DNA of 64,000 nt from a virus. Positions within the stretch are counted from its first letter, which is position 1. The number at the start of each line of letters is the position of its first letter. Of the stretch, positions 1-13,923 are shown one piece after another. Made by a program: the position numbers and the translations under genes. Under the pieces are notes generated by a model. It saw only the letters and a program-made list of their open reading frames with translations. It was not told the origin of the DNA and ran no database searches. Location of the stretch: the IMG/VR virus record IMGVR_UViG_3300045988_160359, positions 53,570 to 117,569 of that record; one strand, written 5' to 3'.

Positions 1-342
1 ATGGGGACTTTCATTAATAATAATAATAAAAAACAAGAATATGGGTTATATGCTTTTAGTGATAAAAATATTGTATTTAAAATTACAGATAATGGTGAGG
101 CTTATATTTAGTAGTCTGAAAAAGCATATTGTTTATCAAATAAAGACGAAAATAGTACTCCATATTCAGTAGGTAGCAAAACTTAGCCTGTATATTTTGA
201 TTAGGGAGTTCCTAAATAGATAGATATTAATTTAACAAATATTAATAATAAAATTTCAACATTAGAAAATACTATAAGTAATTTGCAATAGACTATTTAG
301 AGTTTAACAAATAGAATTATAGCATTGGAGAAAAAAAAATGA
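1..342 (+). CDS. 3' portion of a late gene (5' end probably outside the window); coiled-coil-like C-terminus; TAG read as sense
   Basis: Frame 1 is open from nt 1 to TGA at 340-342 if TAG is sense. It contains 11 in-frame TAG in 113 codons, including a tandem TAG-TAG at 109-114. The next gene follows with an RBS. Confidence 0.4.
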
Positions 343-362
343 GAGTAAAAGGAGAATGATGT

Positions 363-3300
363 ATGCCTACAAGATTATATCCTCCTCAAATAGCAGGAAC
401 ATTACCGGCATTTTACAAATCTTATGATAGTGCTACTGGAGTGTTAAAGGAAAGTTCAATCACTATCCCGTTTACTTCAAGTGCGCTAGTTAGTTCGGCG
501 GATTTTATAGGTTTTTATTTACGTTTGAAAACCTCTTCTACAAATACATATTTATTTCCGCCAATATATTCAAAAAATTATGATAGTAAAAATTCTACGG
601 TTACATTCACATTAACCGCTGATTAGAGTGCATTATTAAATGAAGGACAATATTACAAGGTCCAAATAGCTTATGTGTCTCAATACGTTGAGAGTGAAAC
701 TACTGATATTGACAATGATGGAAATATAATTACTAATAGTGTAATGAAAAAATTAACTGGTTATTATTCTACTATTGGAATTATAAAATGTGTCCAAGAG
801 CCTAAAGTTTCTATTTAGGGTTATTCAATAGATAGTATTAATTTATTTAATAATGAATTATTTGGTGTTTATGAGTTATCTTCAAATTTAGATTAGACTG
901 AAAAAGTTTATTCTTATAATTTTTCATTCTATTTAGAAGATGGGGATTTATATTACTCCACTGGAGAACTATTGCATAACAATGCTAATGATAATGAATA
1001 TGGTTTATCTATTGATTCAGTAGTTTTAAGTAGTTTTATAAAAACTAGTGAAATATATAAATTAATTTATACAGTTACTACAATTAATGGATTGGTAGTG
1101 TCTAGTCCGACTTATAGAGTAACTGCGGAAACATTATTAGCTCCTAGTAAAAATTTAAATATTTTACCAAGAGCGGATTCAGAAACTGGTAGTATTAAAA
1201 TTAATTTTAAAGGTTTAGAAAAAACTGTTAAAATTAAAAATACAATTAAGGAATTAAAACGCAAGGAAGTATATTATAATTATAGTAAATCATTAATTTC
1301 TTAGATTAAATAGAAAATCAATCCTGACTATGAATATTAGGGAGAATAGATAACTAATTTAGAATATTTATTAAAGATAAGTTCAAATGATGAAATGACT
1401 CGATTTTTTGTTGCATTACAAAAATTATTAAGAGATAATGCGGGATTAATAAGTGAACTTTGTGGAGTCTCTCCTGGTTTGTTAATGTCATTAGTTGATA
1501 TATCAGCAGACTATACTAAAGTGTTAAGTCAATATATTATATCAATTACAAAACCTACAATGGTTGAAAAAGATTTTTAGAAGATTAATGATCAATTTTT
1601 AAAGAATACTACAAATTACATTCTTACTACAACAGGAGACTATAAAAATTTAAATACAATATTATAGGTTCGCTTAAACTCTTATGTAGGATATTTATTT
1701 AGTAGTATTGCTACTGATGAAACAGATTTTGATGAAATAGTAACAGATTAGAATTTAATTAATTTGGCTCAAAGTGTTATTACATTAGCTGGATTATCTG
1801 AAGAATTGGCTATAGAATATATGAGTATTTTAGGGTATGCAGCTAGTATTGTTGCCACTGAAGAGAAATCTGAAGATACTTATTTTGGACAATATATTCT
1901 TGTGCGCGCAAGTGAAGAAGATGATTATCGCTCTTGGTTAGAATTAAAACGTTTTAAATTAGAAAATATACGACCTTCTACAATTAATTATGTCGATTAT
2001 ACAGTAAAACAAGGTGTTAAATATATATATGGGATTATTCAATATAATTTATTTGGTATTTATTCTGCAAGAATTGAGAGTGAACCAATTTCTGTTGATT
2101 TTGAAGATATTTTTCTATATGATGGAGAACGGGTGTTAAAAATAAAGTTTAATCCTAAGGTATCTTCATTTAAATCTACCATTTTAGAATAGAAAACAAA
2201 TACGATTGGAAATAAATATCCATTTATTTTTAGAAATGGAAACGTAAATTATAAAGAATTTCCAATTAGTGGATTAATTTCATATTAGATGGATAATGAA
2301 TTATTATTTTATAATCGTGAAATTGAAGAATATATTCGTAATTATACTCTTGATTTTAAATCGTTGGAACTAAAAGAACGTATTGAAAAACAAAAAGAAT
2401 TTCTTAATAAAATGGATTAGATTTTAATAAATCCTTGTGATTTAGTAGAAGAGAATATCCATAAAGAAAGAGATTTTAAAATTGAAGTATTAAACTGGTT
2501 AAATAATGGTAAACCTAAATTATTTAAATCAGGGCCTGAAGGCAACTTTATTGTTTGTATTATGAATGTATCATTATCTCCTACCGATAGTTTAGGCCGT
2601 ATGTTACATTCATTTACTGGTCAGTGTGCAGAAATAGCTGAGTTTAATTATAATAATTTATTACGTTATGGATTTATTAAAGCAGATATTGTTAGTAAAT
2701 ATGTTTCTTTATGGAAAACTTATTATTTAAATGAATATAAGCCTGGTAAAGATATCGAATTATTATTTGACTCAGGTATTAATTATTTTGCTGTAGAAGA
2801 TTTAAAACCTGGTAGTAGTATATTTTTAACTTATGGAGATACAATCGATCGGACTGAAGATGAAATCATAATAGGTATTACTGGAGCCTATCGATATGAA
2901 AATTCTTCACGAATTATTTCAAAAATTAGAATACCTAATAGTATATATAATCATCCAGTAGGAATATTAGAGTGCCAATATCAAGGTTTAAGATATTCTG
3001 ATTTTGATGCAATTACTTCAGTTAATTTAAAAACTATAGTAAGTAATCAATATGTTGGTGTTGATCCAATATTAGAAAATATTAAAGCATTTACTACCGA
3101 TCCCTCTGATTATGCTAAACAATTATTTATAAAAGCTTTAAAAGCTTTAAATGATCGAATTTTATTAAATGATAATTTATCCTATTCAGACTTGCGAGAA
3201 AAACTGGTTGAACGAGGATTTGAGCCAGGAGATATTGTTTAGCATATTAATTCATCATTTTATAACTATGAGAAAGACAAAGTTAAAATATTGAATTTAG

Positions 3301-6300
3301 AATAGTTAAAAATTAGAGTTAGAGAATTAATTCCTATTTATGCAGTTCCTTATGATTATATTACTCAAGAAGGATGGGATAAATTACCAGACTCTGTTGT
3401 TTATTGGAATTCTAATGGTATGACTACGAGTTGTTATAAGGATAAAAAAGAAAAAAGATTTAGTCGTAGTGATTATGAAAATTTATTTCCTAGTTAGAAT
3501 TTATTATATTCAGTAACACCTTTTGGTAAGCCTTATCCTATTGATGCATTAACTCCATTAGTCAAAGATTATTTTGATATTAATGATGAATTTTGTGTAT
3601 TTTAGATGTTTGAATATTCAAAAGAATATCAAACTTGGATGCCGACTTGTCGAAATAATGTTTTTAATATTGCTACTGGACAATATTATGATTGTTATTG
3701 GCAATCTGTTCTTAAAGAGTATGATACATCATATTATATTGGAGAAAAATATCGTTATGAATAGATAGTCGATATCCAACGGGATGAAGAAACACAACGA
3801 TATTATATTATAATTCAAAATAAAAAATATTATTTATCAGATGAATTTAATTTGTATGTTGAAATAAACGGAGAGTATAAATTATTAAAAGAAGTATATT
3901 TATTCCCAACAGATGAAGATGGATATTATACTATTATTACTAATAATGATTCTCGCATCCAAGATAATAGTTATTTAAATGAAGCTGTTCGTTGGAAAAA
4001 TAAAGATGATTATAACCCTGTTCCTGGGTATAATTTAACTACTAGAACTATTGATGAAAATAATATTGCTAAATCAATAGTAAAAGCTTCTGAAATTAAA
4101 CCATTTTATTTGAGAATAGATAATGCGATTCAATTAAATCAAGGAGATACATAGTATTATACAAATTTAGGTTCTCCAAAAGTAATAAAAATTGGGACTG
4201 GATTAATCGCTGAAGCTACATTTTAGTTAGAAGTATTAGACTATTTTACAGAAAAGAATGATGATAGTACATTTTTAGCTAAAAATAGATATTTAGAGCG
4301 ATCTGAAATCTTAAAGAATTTTTATCGAAATTATGAAATTTTAGGAGATGCTGATAATAATTTTTAGAGATTTTTAACATTGAGTCGTTTTTATAATACG
4401 TTATTAAAAGGATTAACTGATAGCAATAATACTCCTTATGAAGATAAAAATACATATTAGTCTAATTTAAATTCACCATTGAATTATCAGGATAGAACTA
4501 TTGTAAATGAAATTTTAAATACCGATAAAGACATAGATTTAAAAAATACTGAAATTGCTGATTTATGGACAGCAGATAATTCTTCAGTTGAAAAGAAAAA
4601 TAAAATCAAGAATGATATTAAAACTACGATAAATAAAATGCAAATAAATAAACGTATGAAAGAAGAATTAGTTTTACAAGATACTGAAGAAAATGATTTA
4701 TTTGATTTAATTAAAAATCCTACTAAAGAAGGTATAAATGATAAATTAGCTAAATTAAATGAACTATATGAATTATTAAGTTCTAATAAAAATACTACTA
4801 TTATGAATAACTAGAATATAGCTTCTGATTATGCTTAGAAATTAAAAAATATAGATTTTGCAGTTAATTCTTATAATAACGCAATCTATAATTATAAAGC
4901 TCATTTATGGTTGTATTGTTTAATTTATCAAAAAATTGCTAAATTAATATATATTGATACAGATAATTATGATGAAAAATTATTAACTGAAGATACATTA
5001 GATAAAATGGAAGCTAACATTTCAATTTCTAACATTTTAGCTGAAATAAAAAATCATTATAATAAAATAATAGAAAATAAAAGTGAGAATGCATCTAATG
5101 AAGCGGAATTAATAAAATAGAAAAATTATTATTTAAATGCTTACGGAAGTATTTAGAAAAATTATTCTGAAATTTTTACTTATAAATCAATTATAAATGA
5201 AAAAGAAGGAGATACTGCATTAGATGAATTATTAATAAAACAATTAATGAATTGTTTATTAGATATTTTTTATCAATATTCTGTAATGATATAGGCTCGT
5301 AAAAATATAAATGAATTATTGAATGGTAAGGCTTAGGATGAAGATACAGATATATTTAAAAAATATATTGGAATTAATGAAAATGCTGATTTGGCTCTCA
5401 GTAAAGTTAAACAAAAAATTAATACTTTAAAAATTGAAGTCATTAATAATAAAGACAATTTAACATTAGCAGATTTATTTTCATAGTATAATTTTTCTAA
5501 AGATAATGTTTCTTATTTTAATTCATTAAATTAGAAATTAATTTATTCTAAAAATAATGTTTTAGGATTTTTAGATAGTCATGCCACTCAAGTAAAAGAA
5601 TATGTCCAAAAAATTGATTATATGGAATATGTTTATAAAGGTGGTAAAGCTTTAGAATGGTAGCATTATAATTATTCTCATTTTATTGTATTTGATAGAT
5701 TGCCATATCAATTATGGGATTTAAATTCAAAAGATATAGATATAAAAAATTACACTTATGAAATTGAATTTAGATCAAGAATTTTAAAATCATTTAGTTA
5801 TTGGAAAGATAATAATTTTGGAGGAGAAGCTCCTGCTTATATATCTACTATGAGTTCAAATCAATAGAATGAAATACGCAGTCAAGTTAATCGTAAAATT
5901 ATTTTAGATATTAGTGAAGATAATATTAATACTGATGATTTAGATATTTATACAAGTTTTGAATTTGATGGATAGATGGACTCAGCTGAATAGAAAGCTA
6001 TTCAAAAAATTAAAATTCAAAAATTGTTAAGTATTATTGAGACATTTAAAGAGGCAACAGATTATCGTAGTGTATTAGATAGTTTAAGTGATTTAATTTC
6101 ATATATGAATAAAAATACGAATGGGCTTGGAGAAACTTGTTTTAAAACATTATATGGAGTTTCTGGCGATAAAGATTTAATTACAATACTTACAAATTAT
6201 AATTAGACTATAAATTCTATTCAAGATGAATTAATAAAAAGTAATGAATTAGATACTTAGTTTATTAAAATTGGACAAATTAGTAAAACTGATTTTGATT

Positions 6301-7469
6301 TTTTCAATCCTTCTAAAGTTTACTATATTTTAAAAGATGATAATTATTAGTTATAGACTGTTTATTCAAATACTGCTATTTATTATTTAAAATTAAAAGA
6401 TTATTTAGTAAAAACTCATTTTGAATATTATAATGCATTAATGGTAGCAAAAGATTATTAGAATATTACAACTGAATTGATTTATAGTGTTTTAAATTCT
6501 TAGAATACTAAAAAAGCAGAATTTGAATTAGGAAAAATGCAATTATATAATTCAAATGGTTTTGTTCCTACTGTTATCACTAAAGAAAATTATCAAGAGT
6601 GTAATAATTTTGTTTATAATAATGTTACGAAATTTGAACGACAAACATTTGATTCAGCTATTAGTTATGATAAAAAGTCCAAAGATACATTCTTAGCGAA
6701 AAATATCACTGGTGGAGATAATGCATTATCAAGTCATAATAATTCAATTAATGCAATTTTAACTAATTATAATAATTTAATAAAGAAAAATGGTATCGTA
6801 AATAAATTATATTCAACTTATTCAAAATTAGGCAATACCCCTATTGTTTTTACAGATGAGGGAAATAATGCTCTTAATGCATTAGATTTGTCTAAAATAA
6901 ATATAAGTATATTAACTGCATCAGATACAACAGCAGTAGGAAAATTTAAACATCTATTATTAATTAAATATTTATCTAAATTTATTAATTTGTTCTATTG
7001 GTGCAACACTTAGTTGTTTGTTGAATATGATTTAAATATTCGCTTAGCTGAATTATATACTAATTTACCAAAACCATGGTCTGAAGCTTCTGAGAACTAT
7101 CCTTCTATAACTGCTCATGGTATTGTATATTGGTATTTAGAATATGTTTTAAATAAAGCTATAAATGATTATAATGATGCATTGGAATAGGCGGAATTAT
7201 TAAATATTTTTTATACAAACAAATAGACAAACTATAAAGAGAAATAGGCATTATATGAGGCTAAATATAAAGAATATTTATAGATTTTTACAGCATTTAT
7301 GGCTCCTGAATATAAGGAATATTGGAAATATTATAACTCATCTGATATATTTAATAAAAATGAACAAATGAAAAAGTTAATTGAAGAAGTCAAAAATCTA
7401 TGGTATGATTTTATTTTAACTCTTGATAAAGGATTCAAAAAAGAGATAGAGGCGGGTATGTACCAATGA
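363..7469 (+). CDS. Giant virion/tail protein (2368 aa; tape-measure-like position and size); TAG-recoded
   Basis: RBS aaaggagaatgatgtATG precedes it. Ten ORF-track fragments (363, 972, 1395, 1764, 2562, 3852, 4479, 4911, 6024, 6537) are all in frame 0. Codon-by-codon reading finds only TAG (about 45) and no TAA/TGA in frame 0 until TGA at 7467-7469. The gap 3243-3851 was checked position by position and is open. The frame-1 ORF 3574..3768 is a spurious overlap. Confidence 0.75.
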
Positions 7470-10237
7470 AAAATAACCCATTGTTAGATACAAATTTTTT
7501 AAAACAGTTAGATTTAGAAAATTAGAAAGAAATATTTATTAAAATTATTAGTCTAAATCAAAATGAAGAACCTATTGAAAGTATCGAAGGCCGTGCAACA
7601 GGAGGATCCATTAATATTGATGGATCCTCCGCAGTTAGACGAACTTGTTCAATTTCATTGGTTGCTGAAGGAGTTAATATTACTGATGTATATTGGGGAT
7701 TAACTACTAAATTTTCATTACAAATTGGATTAAGCAATAATATTAATAAAGAATATGAAAAAATTATTTGGTTCCCACAAGGTATTTATCTAATTACATC
7801 ATTTAAAACAGATGTCACTACTAATGGATATAAAATTTCTATTTCAGGTAAAGATAAAATTTGTTTATTAAATGGTGAAATTAGTGGTAATTTTCCTAAT
7901 CCAATTGATTTTGCTATTGAATTAGTAGAATATAATTCTAAAACATTAACAGTTGATGCTATGATTACTAAATATAATTTAGTAGAAAATTTACATTGGA
8001 AAGAAAATGAAGGAAAACGATATTTAACTACATTAGGTATTTCTTATATAAATGAACTTACTAATGAAGAATCTGTTGCAGAAATAATTGATGTAAAAGT
8101 TGGAAATAAAGTTAGTAAATATAAAAAAGTAAAAAAATCAATTGGATATATTATTAGAGAAATGATTCATCATTATGGAAATGAACCATTCCATAATATT
8201 TTAATTAAAGATGTAGATAATAAAGGTTTAGAATTATTAAAATATTCAGAGGGTGATTTTTATGCGTTTTTAGATAAAACTGGAAAATATACTCATCTAG
8301 AATTTATTGATACATTAACTAGATATAAAGCTGATACAAATGTTCCAATTAAATTGAGCGATTTAACTGATGGAGATTTTTCTACCCCTGATAATCTACG
8401 GACAAAAATAAAAAATAATATTAGTGATACTGATTATTATTATGTGAATAAAATTAATGGCACTGACGCTGCAGGTTATCGTTCAGTCGAATTATATTGG
8501 CCTTCTAATGATGGTTTAGTTGTAAATGCAGGCGATACAATTACTTCTGTATTAGATAAAATTTGTTCAACGTTTGGTGAATATGAATATTTTTATAATG
8601 TATAGGGATAGTTTGTTTTTTAGAAAAAATAGACTTATATAAATTAGTCTTGGGATAATATTGTAAAGACAGAAAATAGTGCAAATCCAGATTTAGATTA
8701 GGATATTGATAATATTTATAAAGAAATTAAAGGAGAATATAAATATAGTCAATTATATGAAGAAGCCGCGATGCTAGCCTCTAAAAGTATTTATAATTTT
8801 TCTAATAATATTTTAATTTCATCATTTTAGAATATGCCTGATTTTTCTAAAATTAAAAATAATTTTACTATTTGGGGTAAACGTAAACCAGCATCGACTA
8901 ACAGCGAAGGTACACCAATTCGTTTGCGGTACGCGATTGATGAAAAGCCTAAGACTTATACCACTTTTGAAGGAAAAACTTATCGCACTTATGACCCTTT
9001 AGAGACGGGTGAATTTGTTAAAACTCCGAATCCACCAGATACATTGCTTGGAGAGCCTCTTGATGAAAATTGGTGGGATGTGAAAGATTGGGCGGAATTA
9101 TATCGAATGTTTATTGGAGAATATCCAAATCGAATGTTAAGTGCCTATTATTCAGACAAAGATGGTGTTTTTATTGATTTAAATTCATTATATAAATCAG
9201 CCACAAATGAAGAATTAATGCAAAAAGTCTATGGTCGTTCTATTGGAAATTATTTTGGCAGATGGATAAATAATTGGCAAGATGAAAAATTATATGTTTT
9301 TGATTTATTACCTGATAATACTATTGGTTATGTAGGACATGGTCCTTATTGCACTCACTATTGGGATGAATGGTTTGATCCTTTATACCAAAAGGGTGGT
9401 AAAGCATATGTATATAAACCATTAATGCCAGGACAAGATAAAAATACAGTATATTATGCTAAATAGAATTGGCGAGAGCTAATTTATCAAATGGCATTAG
9501 ATTATCAATTATATGGCCATAATGATAATTATGCAGTAAAATTAGCTTAGTTAAATCCAGAATATCCTAATGGCAGAACAGGTTATGAAAGTTATTATGC
9601 AGATTTTTTAGCTGAAGACGGATGGCGTAGTATATATAATCCAAAGTCAGAAGATTCTAAAAATTTTTTTGTAGGGAATATGTTGACTGATAAAGAAAAA
9701 GTTTATTACGGCTGGAATAGAAATGTTATAAATGATCCAACTCTTTTAAATTTTTGGATTGATTTTGTCGAAGATAGTGAAAGTACTATAGGTAAATATT
9801 CTGTTCGAGCAATTGGAGATAGGCCGAAAATTGTTAATAATGATGCTATTAGAGCTATTATTTATAGAGATATTCCTAATATAATTTATATTACTCCAGA
9901 AAAGTATGAACTGCAAAAATAGTAGAATTTATTACAAGATGGATATGATTATTTACCTTTACCAAATATTTATGAGAGTAAATTTTCAATTACTACCAAA
10001 GGTAAAAGTGCTTATTCTGAACTTAATGATTTATTATATTAGTATGCTTATATGAATGAAAAAATTAATATAAAAACTATTCCAATATATTATTTAGAGC
10101 CAAATAATATTATTACAGTCGATGATAATAATAGTAATATTCATGGAGAATATGTCATTAATAAAATATCATTATAGCTAACGCATAATGGTATAATGAC
10201 AATTACAGCGACAAAAGCGCCTCCAAGATTATTATAA
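7466..10237 (+). CDS. Large structural protein (923 aa), baseplate/distal-tail-like position; TAG-recoded
   Basis: ATG at 7466 overlaps the upstream TGA (caATGAaaa). The frame-2 fragments 7658, 8834 and 9680 join through TAG codons. Gaps 8606-8833 and 9467-9679 were verified open. The gene stops at TAA 10235-10237 and is followed by a strong RBS. Confidence 0.75.
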
Positions 10238-10253
10238 GAGAGGAGAAGGAGTC

Positions 10254-10598
10254 GTGGCAAAAAAAATTATTTAGTTTAGATATTTTGGCGAATTAAATGA
10301 AAAAAACTATCCACCTACAATTACTAAGACTAAATTAATGTCTGGAGTTGTATTTGATGGATATACTCCAATTATTAGATTAGGCATTCAAGCGCTTCCT
10401 GGTACTAAATTTAGATTAAATGCAAATCAAGATTATATTATGATTGGTAGTATTGGTTTATATGAATTAGATATGACTCAAGGATCAGGTTCAGTGACTT
10501 CTATTAATTTTGATGAAATGTCATTAACTAATATAGATGAGAATGAAGATGCTTATTTGTTGGTTGATATATTATATGAATAGGAGGGATCTAAATGA
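10254..10598 (+). CDS. Small structural-module protein (114 aa), GTG start
   Basis: RBS aggagaaggag lies 5 nt upstream of GTG 10254. Frame 0 contains ORF 10338..10583, reads through TAG 10581-10583 and ends at TGA 10596-10598. Confidence 0.5.
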
Positions 10599-13500
10599 GT
10601 TCTTTCTATGGAGATATTAAGGTAAATCCATAGATTTCATTAGTGTTTGATAAAACTTATCCTAATAGAAAAACTATGGAAGAGGCTATTTAGAAGAATA
10701 ATTTAGATGGTTCTTCTACTGGTAATATAAATGGCGATGGTGTTTATAATACTAGATACGTTTTTATTAATTATGGTGAACGTAGATATTCATCTTACCA
10801 TTTAGCAGAAATTTAGTCTTCTTGGTATACTGTGGAAAATGGTAAAAAATATTTTAAATCAATTTCTGAACGTCCTAGATTATTTATTTATCAAATAGGG
10901 ACAAACACTTTAACAACTAATAAATCATTGAATGTAGATCTTAAAACTCGACCCTATGGTGTATATAAAGAAATTGATAGTGGTATAGTTGAATACGAAC
11001 CAAATAATAGATATTATATCGCCACTGATAAGCTTGCTGGAGGTAATATAATATCTCCTGATGGTATTGATGAAAATTGCGAATATGCAATTAATAGAGA
11101 GATTGATGAAAATGAATATCAAAGTAGCTATGACCATACTGTTTGGCAAAAAATTTGGTGTTCTGTTGGAACAAGCTCTACAATTACTGAAAAATATATT
11201 ATGGTAGCCAGCCTTGACGCTAAGGCCCCTAGATTTGAAGTAATTATTGATGCTCCAGCTAGTGATGATGGATATGAAGTAATAAATCATATTCAGAGTG
11301 ATGGAACTCGAATTCCAATTACACCACTTGGAATATATTATACTCTAAATACAAAAACTAATAAATATGAATCATTAGATTTAAATTGTATTAATTAGTG
11401 GAATAAAGGGATTGAGAAAGAAAAAATAGATTTTCCTGCTAATTCAGATAAAAATATTTATCAAGGAGAAGCATCATTTTAGTATAAAGAAATTTTAAGT
11501 GATATTATAGAATATGTTCCATTACAAAAAAATGGAAATCAAATCATTACTGGCAAAGAAATGTTAGATATTTATTTAAATTCTGTTGGTAATATTTATA
11601 AAAAAATAGAAAGAAATAATGTTATTACTTATACCCCTGTGCCTGTTGGTTCAAAATTTGAAGAAACAGATAGTGATAATTCTGTTGTCCGGTATTGTCA
11701 TAAAACTACTAAAGATCCAGGGTATATTTCTGAAGATTTATTTGCTAGATTATTTAATACATCTTAGTCATTATATTATTATGATACACAAACTGATGCT
11801 ATAGTTTAGGTTAAATCAATAGATGAATATGATTCTGATACAAAATATTATAGAAAAGTAAGTCTTAAACATGGGCCTCATATTGATCCATTAAGAAGTA
11901 CAGATTTAAATTATAAATTACATATTCCTCGTAATTGGAAATTTAATCCAATTCCAGAATTTAAATATAATAAAAAAGGATTCTCTCCTACCGAATAGCA
12001 TGAAACGAATGGAGAAAATCAAATTCATTTATAGAAAACAAGTTCTAATTCATTATACCCAGTTCATATGGATGAATTTGGTCGTAAGTTATATACTAAA
12101 AATACAGAGTCTGGAACAATAAAAGGCGAAATTGCCACTGAAGTTAATATTCCAGAAGCTGGATATTATATTAATAATGAATTACAATATGCAGAGCAAT
12201 TAGATCAATAGACATTTTATATTGATTTACCTGAATTAGGTAATATGGCATCTCAAATATGGGATATCGTTTATCCAAGAGGTAAATTTATTAAATATCC
12301 GACAAAAGGCTCAATTACTTATGATGATAAAGAATATACCGCAGGACATTTATATTATAAAGAAGATGAAACTAAAGAACAATATACATTAATCGGCAAA
12401 AATGAGCCTTTAGATAGTAGATAGACTTATTATATTTTTGTTAGAGAAAATGAAGACGGTACTCCAGTAAAAACTCGTTATATGTTTATTGGCAATGACC
12501 GCGATCCAAAAAGTACTGCAAAATATCCTGAAGCTTATCCAGAAGGCTATCCTAAAACTTTTGGAGAAGCAATAAGATATGTATATAGATTATTAGGGTT
12601 AGAATCTGATAATGATTATTTAGATAATTTTTCTGAAAATACCATTTGGGGAATGTGGAATGGTTTAAGAGATTTATTAGGTAATTATAAAGATATTTAT
12701 GATACAGATAATTTTATACCAATAAAATCTCACCCAAGTACTGTATCTGGTTTTCCTAGTCGACCAGTTTTTAGTTATGGTAATGCTAGAGACTTAGTGT
12801 TTGGATATTTAAGTGGAGATTGGTTTAAAGAATTAAATAATGCTGCATTTGGGCCGTTATATGAAATTTGTTCAACTAAAGACTATATTATTCAAATATA
12901 GGCAAATACTGAAATAGAACCGAATTCTAGTTATCGGTATTATATTTATGATTCAAATACTAATAATTATATTTTAGCTGGTTCAGAAGGCATAATAAAT
13001 GAGTTTGAGCCAGGACAAACTTATTATTATCGAGTTAATCGTAAATGTACAAATTGGATAATAGTTGATAAATCACAAGGAGTTAAAAAAGGATTATAGT
13101 ATTATTTACAAATTAAAAATAATATCTATGAACGAATTAATGATTCATTTGAACAATTTAATCCAGAGTTAGAATATTATATTCCATAGATTGAATATAA
13201 AAAAGCGGAAATATTTAATTCTACTACTCAATACTATCGAAATATGAATAGTTTATGGGCATTATTAAATGAATTCCAAAAAAATCGTGATGAATATCAA
13301 GCAGATTGGATTAAAGATAATCCAGGCTCTCCTACTCATATAGTAAATCGTCCAAAAATTATTTTTAGTGATTTAGATTGGACAGATAAATATGGAGATT
13401 ATGATAATAAATTAGATTTTGTCTATGAAATCATTGAAGATATTAATTCAGATGAAAGTTTAGCTGAATATTTAACTGATGAAAAATTTAAAGAGATTGG

Positions 13501-13807
13501 AAATATTTATTATCAAGAGTAGATAAAAATTGATGAGACTATAAAAACTGTATATATTAAAGTATCTAAAGATAGTAAATACAATAATAAATATACATAT
13601 TTTAAAATTACTAAACCAATTGATGTTAATTTAAGTGATTACTCTATTGGAACAAGATGGTCTGGAATAAAAGTAAATCGGTAGAATACTGGAAAAATAG
13701 TTAATTATAATCCTAATTCTGGCACAACTGATACTCAAACTATTACTTTAGAAGAATTAACTCCAAAGAGATTAGCAGAATTAATTAATATTGTAGAATC
13801 TGAATAA
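10595..13807 (+). CDS. Large structural protein (1070 aa), tail-associated; TAG-recoded
   Basis: RBS taggaggg is followed by ATG 10595, which overlaps the upstream TGA. The frame-2 fragments 10832, 11561, 12482 and 13244 fuse through TAG codons. The gene stops at TAA 13805-13807. Confidence 0.7.
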
Positions 13808-13814
13808 ATAATTA

Positions 13815-13860
13815 TGCTGGTCCATAATAGATAATTATGGACTAGCATTTCTCATATTTT
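13815..13860 (+). terminator. Hairpin downstream of the 10595-13807 gene (gtccataat-agata-attatggac)
   Basis: A 9-bp perfect stem lies at 13820-13828 and 13834-13842. The T-run after it is only modest. Confidence 0.4.
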
Positions 13861-13923
13861 AGCGATAAGGAAAAAGATTTTCTTTATAATTATAAATAAA
13901 TAATTAAAAGAAAGGAGAAAATT

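Noticed and set aside
3574-3768. Frame-1 ORF of 64 aa (low-complexity, Leu/Ile/Met-rich)
   Set aside because: It overlaps the verified open frame-0 gene. It is typical of AT-rich alternate-frame noise.
972-7013. ORF-track fragments (972..1304, 1395..1580, 1764..2192, 2562..3242, 3852..4154, 4479..4814, 4911..5120, 6024..6206, 6537..7013) as separate small genes
   Set aside because: All are in the same frame. Each is bounded by TAG with no RBS of its own, and several begin at a TTG chosen by the ORF finder. They are segments of one TAG-containing gene, 363-7469.
10925-11290. Antisense ORFs inside + strand genes (10925..11290, 15360..15596, 19580..19843, 20266..20469, 22345..22542, 23462..23677, 27389..27589, 33922..34104, 38868..39128, 43779..43979)
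   Set aside because: They lie opposite long, motif-bearing coding frames. They have low-complexity composition and no RBS.
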